Shown here: positions 1 to 10,094 of the stretch, one piece after another | Numbering within the stretch: position 1 is the first letter of the stretch | How the letters are laid out: each line of letters begins with the position of its first letter | Assembly (NCBI GenBank): GCA_963744145.1 | Contig: CAVUSO010000001.1 | Coordinates: 96,001 to 160,000, forward strand | Reading direction: 5' to 3' | Source: an uncultured cyanobacterium | GTDB lineage: Bacteria; Cyanobacteriota; Cyanobacteriia; Cyanobacteriales; CAWUOF01 | Length of the DNA: 64,000 nucleotides | The notes under the pieces: generated by a model | The model's input: only the letters and a program-made list of their open reading frames with translations | Told to the model about the DNA's origin: nothing | The model's database searches: none | Made by a program: the position numbers and the translations under genes

Positions 1-2094
1 GGTTATATTACCGCCATTTGCATTAACAGCAGCGTCCGTAGTAATCAGACTACCATGCCGCAAGAGAATATTTTGAGATAAAAGATTAATATTACTTCTA
101 TTACCCGCAGTAGTTGCTGCATTAAGAAGACTGTTATGATCTAAAAAAATATAATTAGCTTGAATTTGTAGATTACCTGCTGCTCCCCTACCAGAAACAA
201 ACCTATTACTAAGATCAAAGGTACTCACATTAATTGTGGCACCATTGTTAACAGTTAATTTCCCAGTAGTAATTGTAATATTGCCCCCATTACCAACTCC
301 CTGAAAAGCATTAGAAGATAAACCTCCTTTACTAGACCCATTTATTATAGTACCGCTCACATCTACTTGATCAGTAGCTAGTATTGTCAAATTTCCTGCA
401 TCTCCTGCACCCAAAGTGCTAGTTGTAATCACCCCTCCATCTTTAACAGTTAAACTTGGGGTATCAATCATTAAATTACCTGCTTTTCCCGTACCTTGTT
501 GGGTTTGAATTGCTAAACTGCTAGGTCTACCACTCATTGATATACCAATTACTTCTACTTGATCTGTTGCTTGGATTGTTAAGTCACCACCATTTCCTGC
601 ACCAAAAGTACCAGCATCTATTGTTGCTCCGTTTTGAATGGTTATATCTGGGGTTTTAATAGTTAAATTCCCAGCTTTTCCTGTACCTCCAGTATTACCA
701 GTAAACAAGGTACTGGGGATCGTACCATCTGCTGATTGACCAATTAATTCTACTGCATTTGTTGCGTTGATGATCACATTGCCACCATCTCCGACATCAG
801 AACTAGAAGTTCCTATCCTTCCTCCATTACTGATGGTTAAATTTGCAGTTTCAATCGTCAAATTACCACCTTTCCCGCTACTCCCTGCTTTACTATCAGC
901 AAAGAAACCACTTGCAATCATTCCATTGAGCGGATTGCCGATTACTTGGATATCATTTGCTTGTACATTTATAGAACCGCTATTACCAATACCGAAGGTA
1001 TTAGCAGTTATTCTTCCCCCCTCATTGAGAATTAGGTTTTGAGTGTCAATGGTTATATTTGTTCCGTTTCCTGTCGCGTTCGGTAATACATCGCTAAACA
1101 AGCCACTGGGCACAAATTCGTTCTGAGCTATACCTCCTATTTGTACTGTATCTGTAGCGTGTACAGTTAAGTTTCCTCCCTGATTGTTACCTGTTGTATC
1201 TGTAATAATTGCTGAAGTATCTGCGAGACTGAAATTTTTTGCTTGGATCTGTATATTTCCACCACCAATACCACTAACATCAGCAGAAGCTGCGGCAGAA
1301 AAACTGATATTTTGGAAATTTTGCACTCCTGAATATCCCAACTGCCACCCCGAATTAATTGGTGTTAAAGTTACATAACTTCCACTTCCAACACTTCCTA
1401 ACTCTATGCGTCCTGTTTCAGCGGTAAGATTCCCTCCAATTAAAGATATATCTCCACCTACGAGCGCTAAAGTCTGACCAGAAGGTACTTGTAAGCCAAC
1501 ATTCCGGTTATTTCTATCAATGATTTCTGTTGGCGGCATATAATGTAGGTTATTACCCGGACCTTGAACAATAATTTGACCAGGATTTATGCCAAATTGT
1601 AATCCAATTGGCACATTAATTGTTAATAATACCCCTGGACTAGTAGGATTAGTGGTACTAAATTCTGTACCATCGTTAAACTTAATACTACTAGCAGTAG
1701 TGCCGATGAATGAACCATTAATGTTTAGTTTAGCATTGGCACCAAAGGTAATTCCGTTTGGATTAATTAAAAATAGATTAGCTGTGCCATTTGCTTTAAT
1801 AATCCCATCTATATTAGAAATTGAGCTACCAGTTACGCGAGTGAAAATATTCTGTATATCAGTTGGATTATTAAAAAATGCCTTGCTACCAGTTGGTAGA
1901 GAAAATTGAGTAAAGCTATGAAAAAGATTACTACCTGTTCTCGTTCCTCCTGAAATTAAATTAGTATTACCATTAGGTGTAACTAGAGAATTTATAGGAA
2001 GACTAACATCAGGAATTATTTGAGCTTGTGCTTCTGCTATTGACAAGGAAAAAACTAAAGGGAATAAGAAAATATAACTGCTGTATAGTCTCAT
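1..2094 (-). CDS. Filamentous haemagglutinin (TpsA-like) family protein, N-terminal part; continues beyond window start
   Basis: Manual translation from ATG at 2094: MRLYSSYIFLFPLVFSLSIAEAQAQIIPD...NLFHSFTQF...NIFTRVTGSSISNIDG...LFLINPNGI. Signal peptide plus haemagglutination-activity (TPS) motif, then Gly/Asn/Thr-rich repeats. Absent from the ORF track because it runs off the edge. Confidence 0.9.
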   Translation of the reverse strand, partial: MRLYSSYIFLFPLVFSLSIAEAQAQIIPDVSLPINSLVTPNGNTNLISGGTRTGSNLFHSFTQFSLPTGSKAFFNNPTDIQNIFTRVTGSSISNIDGIIKANGTANLFLINPNGITFGANAKLNINGSFIGTTASSIKFNDGTEFSTTNPTSPGVLLTINVPIGLQFGINPGQIIVQGPGNNLHYMPPTEIIDRNNRNVGLQVPSGQTLALVGGDISLIGGNLTAETGRIELGSVGSGSYVTLTPINSGWQLGYSGVQNFQNISFSAAASADVSGIGGGNIQIQAKNFSLADTSAIITDTTGNNQGGNLTVHATDTVQIGGIAQNEFVPSGLFSDVLPNATGNGTNITIDTQNLILNEGGRITANTFGIGNSGSINVQANDIQVIGNPLNGMIASGFFADSKAGSSGKGGNLTIETANLTISNGGRIGTSSSDVGDGGNVIINATNAVELIGQSADGTIPSTLFTGNTGGTGKAGNLTIKTPDITIQNGATIDAGTFGAGNGGDLTIQATDQVEVIGISMSGRPSSLAIQTQQGTGKAGNLMIDTPSLTVKDGGVITTSTLGAGDAGNLTILATDQVDVSGTIINGSSKGGLSSNAFQGVGNGGNITITTGKLTVNNGATINVSTFDLSNRFVSGRGAAGNLQIQANYIFLDHNSLLNAATTAGNRSNINLLSQNILLRHGSLITTDAAVNANGGNIT

Positions 2095-2364
2095 TGTCCT
2101 ATTTCTGTCCTACTCTATTTTTTTACTTTACAATATCTATTTCTATTTAGCCATAATATGGCCCAAATAATCTGATTGAGCAAAAATAAAAATGAGATTT
2201 ATTCTCAAAGTTAAAGTAGAATAAAAATCATCCACAAAAATTAGTAAACTTTGACCCAAATAGAAGGAGAGAACTCATGTTTAAACCAAACAAGCGATCA
2301 GACGCATAGTAATATTAAAACGATCGGATCACCTCTAATCGCCGAATAAGTGGACAAATGTGGA

Positions 2365-3639
2365 TTATGCGGCATAATTGTATCCATCGACCCGGTGAAC
2401 TATTTGGCAATATTTAGCTCTGACTGGACTAACCTTGCCCTTTACCGTCACCATTTCAAACACACCTGTGGCACGAACAGTTAAGCGTCCAATATGTGTC
2501 CCTGCGAATTTTCCTTTTGGCAGAGTAGCGCGGACTATATCCCCAGTTTGAAACCCAAAAAAAGCTTTCTGTCTAGTCCGATGTCTGATCGGAAAACCAT
2601 ATTGGTTGGTAGTAGACATTTGGCGTGTTCCCCATCCCTTAGCCGTAATCAGTAATGGCTTAGTAGTTTTTAAGACTAATTTCTCAACTACTCCTACACA
2701 AGCTGCATCAAGATAGTGACGTTTTTCAATGCCTAATTTGACCCGATTGAATTTAGTTCTACCACCAGTCCCCACCTCAACAGCTAGCCCGGTTTCTTGT
2801 AACCGATGATATAATTCCCATCGGGTTGAATTAATAGCCGCAGCGTCTTTTAATGGTACTTTGGCTTGAGCTAAAACCCGTCTCAAAACATCTGGTTTAT
2901 TGTGGAGAAATTTCTCAATCGGCTCATTACCTTTTTTCTGATTACAAGTATGACAAGCTAGGGTAAGATTGCTAACTCTATCTGTCCCACCTTGACTTTT
3001 AGCTAAGATATGTTCAATCTCTAGGGGCGTATTTTCTGCTCCACAGTACACACATTTTCTGCCCCATTTTGCTAGTAAATATTCCTTGACTTCAAAACCT
3101 GCTAATTCACCTCTTTGATATTCGGTGCCACTGATTTCCGGAGTTACCAAAGCTTGGGTGTCAAACCGTACTAATTCTTGAGAAATGCCTGTAATTGGCG
3201 CAAATTTCCTGAGTCTGTTTACCCAAGTTAGAGTAGTTTGGACTCGGTGTTCAAGACTAGGTGCTAACCAACATTTAGGACGAGTTCTATTCAAAAACCG
3301 TGGTTGGCGATAACGAGTCTTACGATTTCTTCTACCGCGACGTAGTGATCGCCGAGACTCAAGATTAGCTTTAATTGCGTGACCACGGTGAGTCAATTCA
3401 GCACCCCAAATAACCGCGGCATTAGATACTAATGCCAGACCAGTTATTTGAGAACCTGGATCTATTTTTAACTGCATCGGTTTTGTTACTTGTGTTGATG
3501 CAGTTTTTAAGATGATCGTAAACGGAAACCGACGAAAAACAGCAGCTTGCCCCTGATTCAACAACAATCGAGCTTGCGCTGGATGAACAGGATTAATAGG
3601 GCGCTTGTTGGTGTCGATTACAAACACAAAATTAGACAT
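2365..3639 (-). CDS. iscB: IscB RNA-guided endonuclease (RRXRR + HNH, OMEGA system)
   Basis: PLMP-like PINP, RuvC-I IDPGS, Arg-rich bridge helix RRSLRRGRRNRKTRYR, RuvC-II QELVRFD, HNH CVYCG..EHI..SQGGTDRVSNLTLACHTCN, RuvC-III HYLDA. Confidence 0.95.
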   Translation of the reverse strand: MSNFVFVIDTNKRPINPVHPAQARLLLNQGQAAVFRRFPFTIILKTASTQVTKPMQLKIDPGSQITGLALVSNAAVIWGAELTHRGHAIKANLESRRSLRRGRRNRKTRYRQPRFLNRTRPKCWLAPSLEHRVQTTLTWVNRLRKFAPITGISQELVRFDTQALVTPEISGTEYQRGELAGFEVKEYLLAKWGRKCVYCGAENTPLEIEHILAKSQGGTDRVSNLTLACHTCNQKKGNEPIEKFLHNKPDVLRRVLAQAKVPLKDAAAINSTRWELYHRLQETGLAVEVGTGGRTKFNRVKLGIEKRHYLDAACVGVVEKLVLKTTKPLLITAKGWGTRQMSTTNQYGFPIRHRTRQKAFFGFQTGDIVRATLPKGKFAGTHIGRLTVRATGVFEMVTVKGKVSPVRAKYCQIVHRVDGYNYAA

Positions 3640-3874
3640 AATTAAAACTCTGATTGCTCAGGTAATTGTTTCCTCGTCAATGTTACTTAGGCTTGTTCGG
3701 TTCAGTTCACTTCCTTAGCTAAATAGAGATGTTTAAAACTCAACGGCAGAGCTACAAGCTGGAAAGCACTCGCAGGTGCCATGACCCAAGTAACGTAGCA
3801 GGGGTGTATTGCTATACGCCTCTACATAGACTGGCCATCTCTACACTTGATGTACTGGTTGTCCAGATATGTCC
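3640..3874 (-). ncRNA. omegaRNA/HEARO-like scaffold upstream of iscB (boundaries approximate; guide probably ~3875-3895)
   Basis: Minus strand reads ..GGCCAG..CTACGTT..GGCACC..GAGTGCTTTCCAGCTTGTAGCTCTG..AAACA..AACATTGACGAGGAAACAATTACC, blocks typical of HEARO/omegaRNA, directly 5' of iscB. Confidence 0.8.
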
Positions 3875-3974
3875 AGTGTTTAGCGGATAGCCCAAACGTA
3901 CCTTAATATTTTGCGTCAACCTCGCAGTGCTTGGACATGGAAAGTAGAATTGTGCCCACTCAAATCGGATTACT

Positions 3975-5312
3975 CTAGGAACTAGAAGTAATAGAAGATG
4001 GAGCAGAAACTAATCTAGCTTGACACAATTCTAGATAAAGATTGGCAACTGTATCTTCGGGATTAATCTCGACAATTTTTTGGAAATTGTTTAATGATGT
4101 AGCAAAATTACCTTGTTTCCATTCTTGAATTGCTAGAGCAAAAATAGCTTGATATTCCAGTTTATTTTCATCCAGAATATCTTTTGCTATACCTAATATC
4201 TCACATAAATCTATTGCTTGTAATTTACCACGAGGAGTAACTTGATCGATCCATCTCCAGTGAAGTTGGGTGGGTTGCTTGAGCTGATTAATTACTGCTT
4301 GACTAGCAATAATTGGAGTAGAGTAAACTTTAGTTAATTCTTGTAAACGTGCCGCTGTATTGACGACATCACCAATTACAGTTGAATCCATCCTGTGAGC
4401 AGAACCGAGCGTCCCAATCACCCCCATCCCAGTATGAATTCCAATTCCAATTCTAATCGGTTCGATTAGATGATAGCGATCGCGATTTTGATTAAATTTA
4501 CTCAAACTTTTTTGCATTAATATTGACGCCAATAAAGCATCTTCACTATGATAGTGAGGACGTAGAAAAACTGCAATGAGTGCATCGCCAAGAAATTTAT
4601 CAATAAAACCATGACAAGAAGTAATTACTTCTCCCATCTGGGTAAAAAAAGCATTCAACCAACTAAAAGTTTCTTTAGCAGTTTGGGATTCAGATATAGT
4701 AGTAAATCCCCGAATATCGGCAAATAAAACTGTAATTTCTTCTTCTGTTACATTGCCAAGTTGAATCGATTCAACTCCTTTCGGTGCAATTCGTTCTAGA
4801 AATTCTTCTGGTACAAACAATCGAAATTTTTCGGAAAGATTTTCATTAATTTTCCATGCTGCTTCTAATTGACGGTTAGTCCGTTCATCTGCTCTAGCTC
4901 TAGCTTGAATTTGACTAACTTGCGATCGCATTTTACTTAACCGCAGCACATTAGCAATTTTACTTAATAGTAGACTACTTTTGATCGGCTTAGTAAAATA
5001 ATCATCTCCCATCATTTCTAATCCTTTGAGCCGGGATTGATCATCATCTAAAGCAGTTAAAAAAATTATCGGTACAGTTTGAAGATCGGGATCGGCTCGA
5101 AAATTTTTACATACCTCAAACCCATCCATTTCGGGCATCATTACATCCAGCAAAATTAAATCAGGATGACAAGAATTTGCGAGGGTCAAGGCTGACTGAC
5201 CCGATTCAGCGGCAAAAGTTTCGTATCCTTCCGACTGTAATAACTCTTCAAGTAAATATAAATTACTAGGCTCGTCATCAACTAGCAATATGCGATCAGG
5301 TTCGTTTAACAT
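3975..5312 (-). CDS. Response regulator receiver - adenylate/guanylate cyclase
   Basis: REC (ILLVDD, LLDVMMP, FLTA, KP) plus class III cyclase motifs (LFADIRGFT, DKFLGDA, GIGIHTG, VIGDVVNTAARLQ). Confidence 0.92.
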   Translation of the reverse strand: MLNEPDRILLVDDEPSNLYLLEELLQSEGYETFAAESGQSALTLANSCHPDLILLDVMMPEMDGFEVCKNFRADPDLQTVPIIFLTALDDDQSRLKGLEMMGDDYFTKPIKSSLLLSKIANVLRLSKMRSQVSQIQARARADERTNRQLEAAWKINENLSEKFRLFVPEEFLERIAPKGVESIQLGNVTEEEITVLFADIRGFTTISESQTAKETFSWLNAFFTQMGEVITSCHGFIDKFLGDALIAVFLRPHYHSEDALLASILMQKSLSKFNQNRDRYHLIEPIRIGIGIHTGMGVIGTLGSAHRMDSTVIGDVVNTAARLQELTKVYSTPIIASQAVINQLKQPTQLHWRWIDQVTPRGKLQAIDLCEILGIAKDILDENKLEYQAIFALAIQEWKQGNFATSLNNFQKIVEINPEDTVANLYLELCQARLVSAPSSITSSS

Positions 5313-5429
5313 ATCCTTAATTTATTAATCATTGGGATTGTGATAGCGCTCAAACCCAGAAAATATTTTAATTCTTTTGCCATGAAGGAAATGCACCTGA
5401 TTGCCCAAGCCCACTCAATGCAAGTTTAA

Positions 5430-7676
5430 TTACTCATCCTCACCCCTAGTCTCCACGATTAAATCAGATTTATTTGATTTTACAAAAGATTGCACCGTTA
5501 GGATCACCTGCGGTAAATCTAATGGCTTACTCAAATAAGCATCAGCACCAGCTTGGAGACAGCGATCGCGATCTCCAGACATTGCCATTGCTGTGACAGC
5601 GATAACTGGCACTTTTTGCCACAGAGGATGTGCTTTCATTTGACGGATCAGCTCAAATCCATCAACTTCGGGCAATTGAATATCCATCAATACCAGATCT
5701 GGCAAAGAGCTAGGACTGACCAACTGGGAGTAAATCGTCTCTAACATAGTTTTCCCATCGGCAATCAACTCTACCGTAAAACCTTCATATTCCAACACTT
5801 CGGAAATCAACATTTGATTAGAGAGTTGATCCTCGACTACTAAAATTCGCTTAGTATCAACCCCATCGACCTGGGATAATCGATTCTGCTTCACGATGGG
5901 ATTAACCGGATCGGTGATCTCTACTCCATGAGTGATTTGTCCCATATTGGTTAAAGGTAACCAGACTCGAAATGTACTACCCGAACCGACTACTGATTGC
6001 ACTGAAACCGTCCCACCATGAAGTTCAGCTAATCGCTTTGTCAAAGCTAATCCCAACCCTGTACCTTCGTGTTTACGACTAAGAGAGCAATCGATTTGCT
6101 GAAAAGGACGAAATAATAAATGCCATTTATTTTCTGCTATCCCGATTCCTGAATCACTTACCTCTAAACAGAAATAAGGAGTATTCAGATTCATTGGTGA
6201 GCAATCAGGACGAAAATCTCCCTGAATATCCTGTCCATATTTTAATTTACTACTTAATTTAATTTGTCCCTTTTCTGGAGTAAATTTAACCGCATTTGCT
6301 AATAAATTAATTGCTATTTGTCGGACTCGACGCTCATCTAAAAATACCCGATTCAGCCGATAATCTAGTTCTAAGGATAAAGCGATCTGTTTTTTCTCCG
6401 CTCTGGGTTGCATCATTTTCAAGCATTCCATTAGGAAGTCTTGAATCGCGATCGCTTCTAGATTTAACTCAGCTTTACCTGCTTCGATTTTTGATAAATC
6501 CAGGATATCGTTAATTAGCTGTAGTAAATGTTGACCACTTTTTTCGATCGCATTGACGTGATTAATTTGACGAGGGGTCAGAGTTCCACCCGTTTGACGT
6601 AAGAGCAAGTCGGAAAATCCTAAAATACTATTGAGTGGTGTCCGCAGTTCATGGGACATCGAAGCGAGAAACTCTGATTTTAATTGAGAAGCTCGTTCTA
6701 ATTGTTCATTCGCGTGACGGAGATTTTCTTGATATTGAGCTCGTTCGATCGCTACCCCTAAAGTGCGACAAGCTGCCATCAGCATATCTTGTTGGGGTGC
6801 TTCTTGCAGTTTTTCTAAAGTGCGTGATTCGAGGGTCAGCACCCCAATAATCGTTCCCCGAGTTGAAGGAATCGGAAAAATCCCGATTTGACCAATTGCT
6901 GGATTACGAAATCCGATTACCGCTTTCGGATGGAGGTGATAATTTTCGACAAATATTGGTTGACCCGTTTCCACGACTTGCCATAGTAATCCTTGACCAT
7001 AGGGGATACCTTGCTCCAATACTGCTTGCATTTGGGATACTGCGGGTTCACCATAGGTAGCGATAAATTGGGTGGAAATTTGATTAGTAATTATTCCAGC
7101 CCAACGTTGATTACCTTCTCCAGTAATTACTTTGACATCACCAAATGCAGCATTCATTGCTTGGACTAGATAAGACAGAGCAAATTGACCAATTTCTCGC
7201 AGATCACCAGATACTTGGAGTCGTTCGGTTAGCCCTAGTAAAAATCTGAGTCTTCTGACTTCAGCGTTTAATGTTGCTTGGGAATGTTGATATTTGGTAA
7301 CATCTCGGAGGGTAAATAAACGCCCATCATCAGAAGTGATGCTGGTATAAACGTCTAGATAGATCCCGTTAGTTTGTTGCACATCAAAGGAAAAACTTTC
7401 TTGGATATCATTAGCGGTTAAAGCTTGTTTGAGTCGATCGCAATCTTGACTTGACCAATAGCCGAATGCCATTAATTTGGCACATAAAATATCTACATGG
7501 GGTTTTTGCTTGAGCCAATCTGTTTCTCCACCCCAAATTTCTGCTAGTTTGCGGTTGAATAGTACCAAGTGATGGGATTGATTAAATAATGCGATCGCAT
7601 TATCTACTTGGTTCAGAATTAATTCTTGCTCCTGCTTTAACTGTCGCAAGGATAGCTCTGTCTGATCTATTGTCAT
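5430..7676 (-). CDS. Hybrid sensor histidine kinase (PAS-GAF-HisKA-HATPase-REC)
   Basis: H-box FLASMSHELRTPL, NLLANAVKF, GTGLGL, C-terminal receiver LMDIQLP. Confidence 0.93.
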   Translation of the reverse strand: MTIDQTELSLRQLKQEQELILNQVDNAIALFNQSHHLVLFNRKLAEIWGGETDWLKQKPHVDILCAKLMAFGYWSSQDCDRLKQALTANDIQESFSFDVQQTNGIYLDVYTSITSDDGRLFTLRDVTKYQHSQATLNAEVRRLRFLLGLTERLQVSGDLREIGQFALSYLVQAMNAAFGDVKVITGEGNQRWAGIITNQISTQFIATYGEPAVSQMQAVLEQGIPYGQGLLWQVVETGQPIFVENYHLHPKAVIGFRNPAIGQIGIFPIPSTRGTIIGVLTLESRTLEKLQEAPQQDMLMAACRTLGVAIERAQYQENLRHANEQLERASQLKSEFLASMSHELRTPLNSILGFSDLLLRQTGGTLTPRQINHVNAIEKSGQHLLQLINDILDLSKIEAGKAELNLEAIAIQDFLMECLKMMQPRAEKKQIALSLELDYRLNRVFLDERRVRQIAINLLANAVKFTPEKGQIKLSSKLKYGQDIQGDFRPDCSPMNLNTPYFCLEVSDSGIGIAENKWHLLFRPFQQIDCSLSRKHEGTGLGLALTKRLAELHGGTVSVQSVVGSGSTFRVWLPLTNMGQITHGVEITDPVNPIVKQNRLSQVDGVDTKRILVVEDQLSNQMLISEVLEYEGFTVELIADGKTMLETIYSQLVSPSSLPDLVLMDIQLPEVDGFELIRQMKAHPLWQKVPVIAVTAMAMSGDRDRCLQAGADAYLSKPLDLPQVILTVQSFVKSNKSDLIVETRGEDE

Positions 7677-7893
7677 GAATGAATAATCGTTATTTTTGAT
7701 CTTTTCTTTCTAATTTATCTAAATTTATCTAGCAGCGATCGCGATCATGATCTCTAATTTTTTTGATCTAAAAATTTACCAATTTTTTAGTTAAAATGAC
7801 TGACAGTTTTTGTGATTTTCCGACAAAAAAGGAATCTGTAATGGGTAATTTTTGGTCACATCACAATCACCCATTACTATTACCAAGAATATC

Positions 7894-8700
7894 TTATTTC
7901 CCGGTTTCTTCTAATGAGTAATATTTCACTACTGGTTTTTCAGCAATGTCTTTTAACCCCACTGATTGCAATAAACTTTTCCATTCATTGTTGAACTCAA
8001 CGTTATTAGGATTAGCTTGACGCAAATCTGCTAAAATTGATAGGGTATCTTGCCAAATTGACTCTTTGTTATAAGCAATTACACGCTCATAAGGTAATTT
8101 GGTATTTACCTGAGTGTCTTCAACTAGTTGGAGCCACCCATTCACGATCCGATCCTGATCTATTCTTTGTGGATCACAATGCAAAGCAAAAGTCCAATAA
8201 TAGTAATAGTCTTTATCCTGATCCTGATCCTTTTCTAAGTCTTTGGCATCTTTTGGTAGACTAATACTAATAATTCCTGGGCTACTAGGAGTTTGGAAGT
8301 CCGCTTGATAGATCGGATCACCTATATCCGTATTTACATACTTATACAGGGTAAAAGTCGCCTGTTTGTTGGTATAGTTGCTCGGCACATAGACAAAAAA
8401 TGTGGGATGCTTGGATACTGTTCGTGCTACGCTTGTCGGTGGCATTAACGCTGTGAGCTTATCGGATGGATCGACTAAACAAGTCCCCCTAGTACCACCT
8501 CCTTCGAGACGTCCGGGTGTTCCATTATCTGGTGGTTCGTAAACATTCCATTTATCTTTATTTGGGAGATTTTCGTTATCATTGGCTAACAAAGTTTCTC
8601 CCTGGGTCATCATCGAAAAACTCGGAGGGATCAACCATAGTTCGGTCGCTAGAACTATGGTTAAGGGTAAAATGTAGATGTAACGGCTTTTGTCAACCAT
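7894..8700 (-). CDS. DUF928 domain protein
   Basis: PP..G.PGRLEGGGTRG, HPTFFVYVP, YYWTF, IWQDTL..LA.LR, W..LL.SVGL. Confidence 0.85.
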   Translation of the reverse strand: MVDKSRYIYILPLTIVLATELWLIPPSFSMMTQGETLLANDNENLPNKDKWNVYEPPDNGTPGRLEGGGTRGTCLVDPSDKLTALMPPTSVARTVSKHPTFFVYVPSNYTNKQATFTLYKYVNTDIGDPIYQADFQTPSSPGIISISLPKDAKDLEKDQDQDKDYYYYWTFALHCDPQRIDQDRIVNGWLQLVEDTQVNTKLPYERVIAYNKESIWQDTLSILADLRQANPNNVEFNNEWKSLLQSVGLKDIAEKPVVKYYSLEETGK

Positions 8701-8728
8701 AATCTTAATTTTTTATCTGGGATGTCGT

Positions 8729-9541
8729 TTATTTGATATTGGAACTTTCCAGATTAGCTGGTGGGGAAACACGTTCTCCTAAAGGTATTGCGGCAATTTT
8801 TTGGAGTCCAACTGAATTCAAAATATCAGTCCAAATTTTGGCGATCGCTAAATTGTTTGGATCGGATCGACGGATTTCTGCTAGAGTGGCTACGGTATCT
8901 AGCCAAAGTGATTCTTTTTGATAGGCTTCAACGAGTGCTATTCCTGATGATTGGGTTGACTTATTAGCTAAATCTGCACTAGGGGATACTCGTTTAATCC
9001 ATCCTTCTACTACCTGATCTGCGGCTCGATCTTTAGGATTCATAATCACGGAAAAGTACCAGTGATAGTTAAGCCCGACTTTTAGGGGTGGCAAATTAGC
9101 TGTTTCCGGTAAACTCAGGCTAATAATGCCTTCATTTCCGGTAGTTCTAAAAACAGTTTTATAAAATTCGCTTTGTGTCCCATCATCTCCATATTGATAC
9201 AGGACAAACTCAACTGGAGGTTTATCTGACATCTTGGGAAGATAGAACAAGAAACTAGGATACCCAGATACTGTTCGAGCCGTGCTAGTTGTGGGCATTA
9301 ATGCTATAATATCGGGTTTATCTTGAGTCCCACGAGTTCCTCCTGGCTCTCTACGTCCAGGGGCTCCATTTGCTGGAGGCTCAAATTCATTCCAATTATT
9401 TGGGATATTTTGTTGTTGGTCGCTTGCGGTATTTTCTGCCTTGGCTGGCGTAAAATTTCCTAAGCTGACTGGAATTGCAATTTGCAGCAATAGGGCTGCT
9501 GACAAGGTAATTGAGCTAATTGGTGATTTGACCCAAGTCAT
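8729..9541 (-). CDS. DUF928 domain protein (paralog of neighbour)
   Basis: GAPGRREPGGTRG, YPSFLFYLP, YHWYFS, LWLDTV, W..IL.SVGL; N-terminal signal-like segment. Confidence 0.85.
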   Translation of the reverse strand: MTWVKSPISSITLSAALLLQIAIPVSLGNFTPAKAENTASDQQQNIPNNWNEFEPPANGAPGRREPGGTRGTQDKPDIIALMPTTSTARTVSGYPSFLFYLPKMSDKPPVEFVLYQYGDDGTQSEFYKTVFRTTGNEGIISLSLPETANLPPLKVGLNYHWYFSVIMNPKDRAADQVVEGWIKRVSPSADLANKSTQSSGIALVEAYQKESLWLDTVATLAEIRRSDPNNLAIAKIWTDILNSVGLQKIAAIPLGERVSPPANLESSNIK

Positions 9542-10094
9542 GATAAAACTGCCTTTTTCTACAATAAGCTACAGTAAACACAAATAAGATGCCTTTCTTT
9601 AACCCTGATCTCCCTCTTAGCGGTTGACCTTATTTCTCTCTTCATTATACAGTATATATTTTCCAATAGTGGCAAATTACTCCAATTAATGAGCAAAAAT
9701 ATTCATACCTATGCTTATTAGGGGGGTTTCCCGGACTAATCTTACTCACTAACTCGATAAATTTTCACATTTTTCAGTATTTTTACTGATGACAGGTTGA
9801 ACCTCTGAGCTAGTTACAGTTGGCGATTCAGCATTTTCCCTGGATGTTGATCATCGGTGCAGGATTTAATTTAACTTTTTCCACCTTGAGCTATTTTAGG
9901 GTATTTTGTCATTAAACGTCTATATAGACTTTGATTTAAGCTAGGATTGACCATTCTCATGTTATAACTACAACTTAACTTCTAAAATTCACGGCGACAC
10001 CAACCAGAAAAAAAGCAAAAATTCTCTAAAAATTAGGATTTTTCTCGATTTTCCTCTGGGTAACCTTTGTCAAAAAAAAATCAAATTATTTGCT

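Larger units (their letters stand above)
2349..3877 (-). mobile_element. Non-autonomous IscB element bounded by imperfect 16-bp inverted repeats
   Basis: AGTGGACAAATGTGGA (2349-2364,+) vs ACTGGACATATCTGGA (3877-3862,-), 13/16 identical; no tnpA adjacent. Confidence 0.55.

Noticed and set aside
1092-1100. Self-target of the predicted IscB guide (CGCTAAACA)
   Set aside because: Only a 9-nt match, plausible by chance in 64 kb.
767-1909. Plus-strand ORFs 767-1042, 1184-1378, 1589-1909
   Set aside because: Antisense shadows of the haemagglutinin gene on the minus strand.
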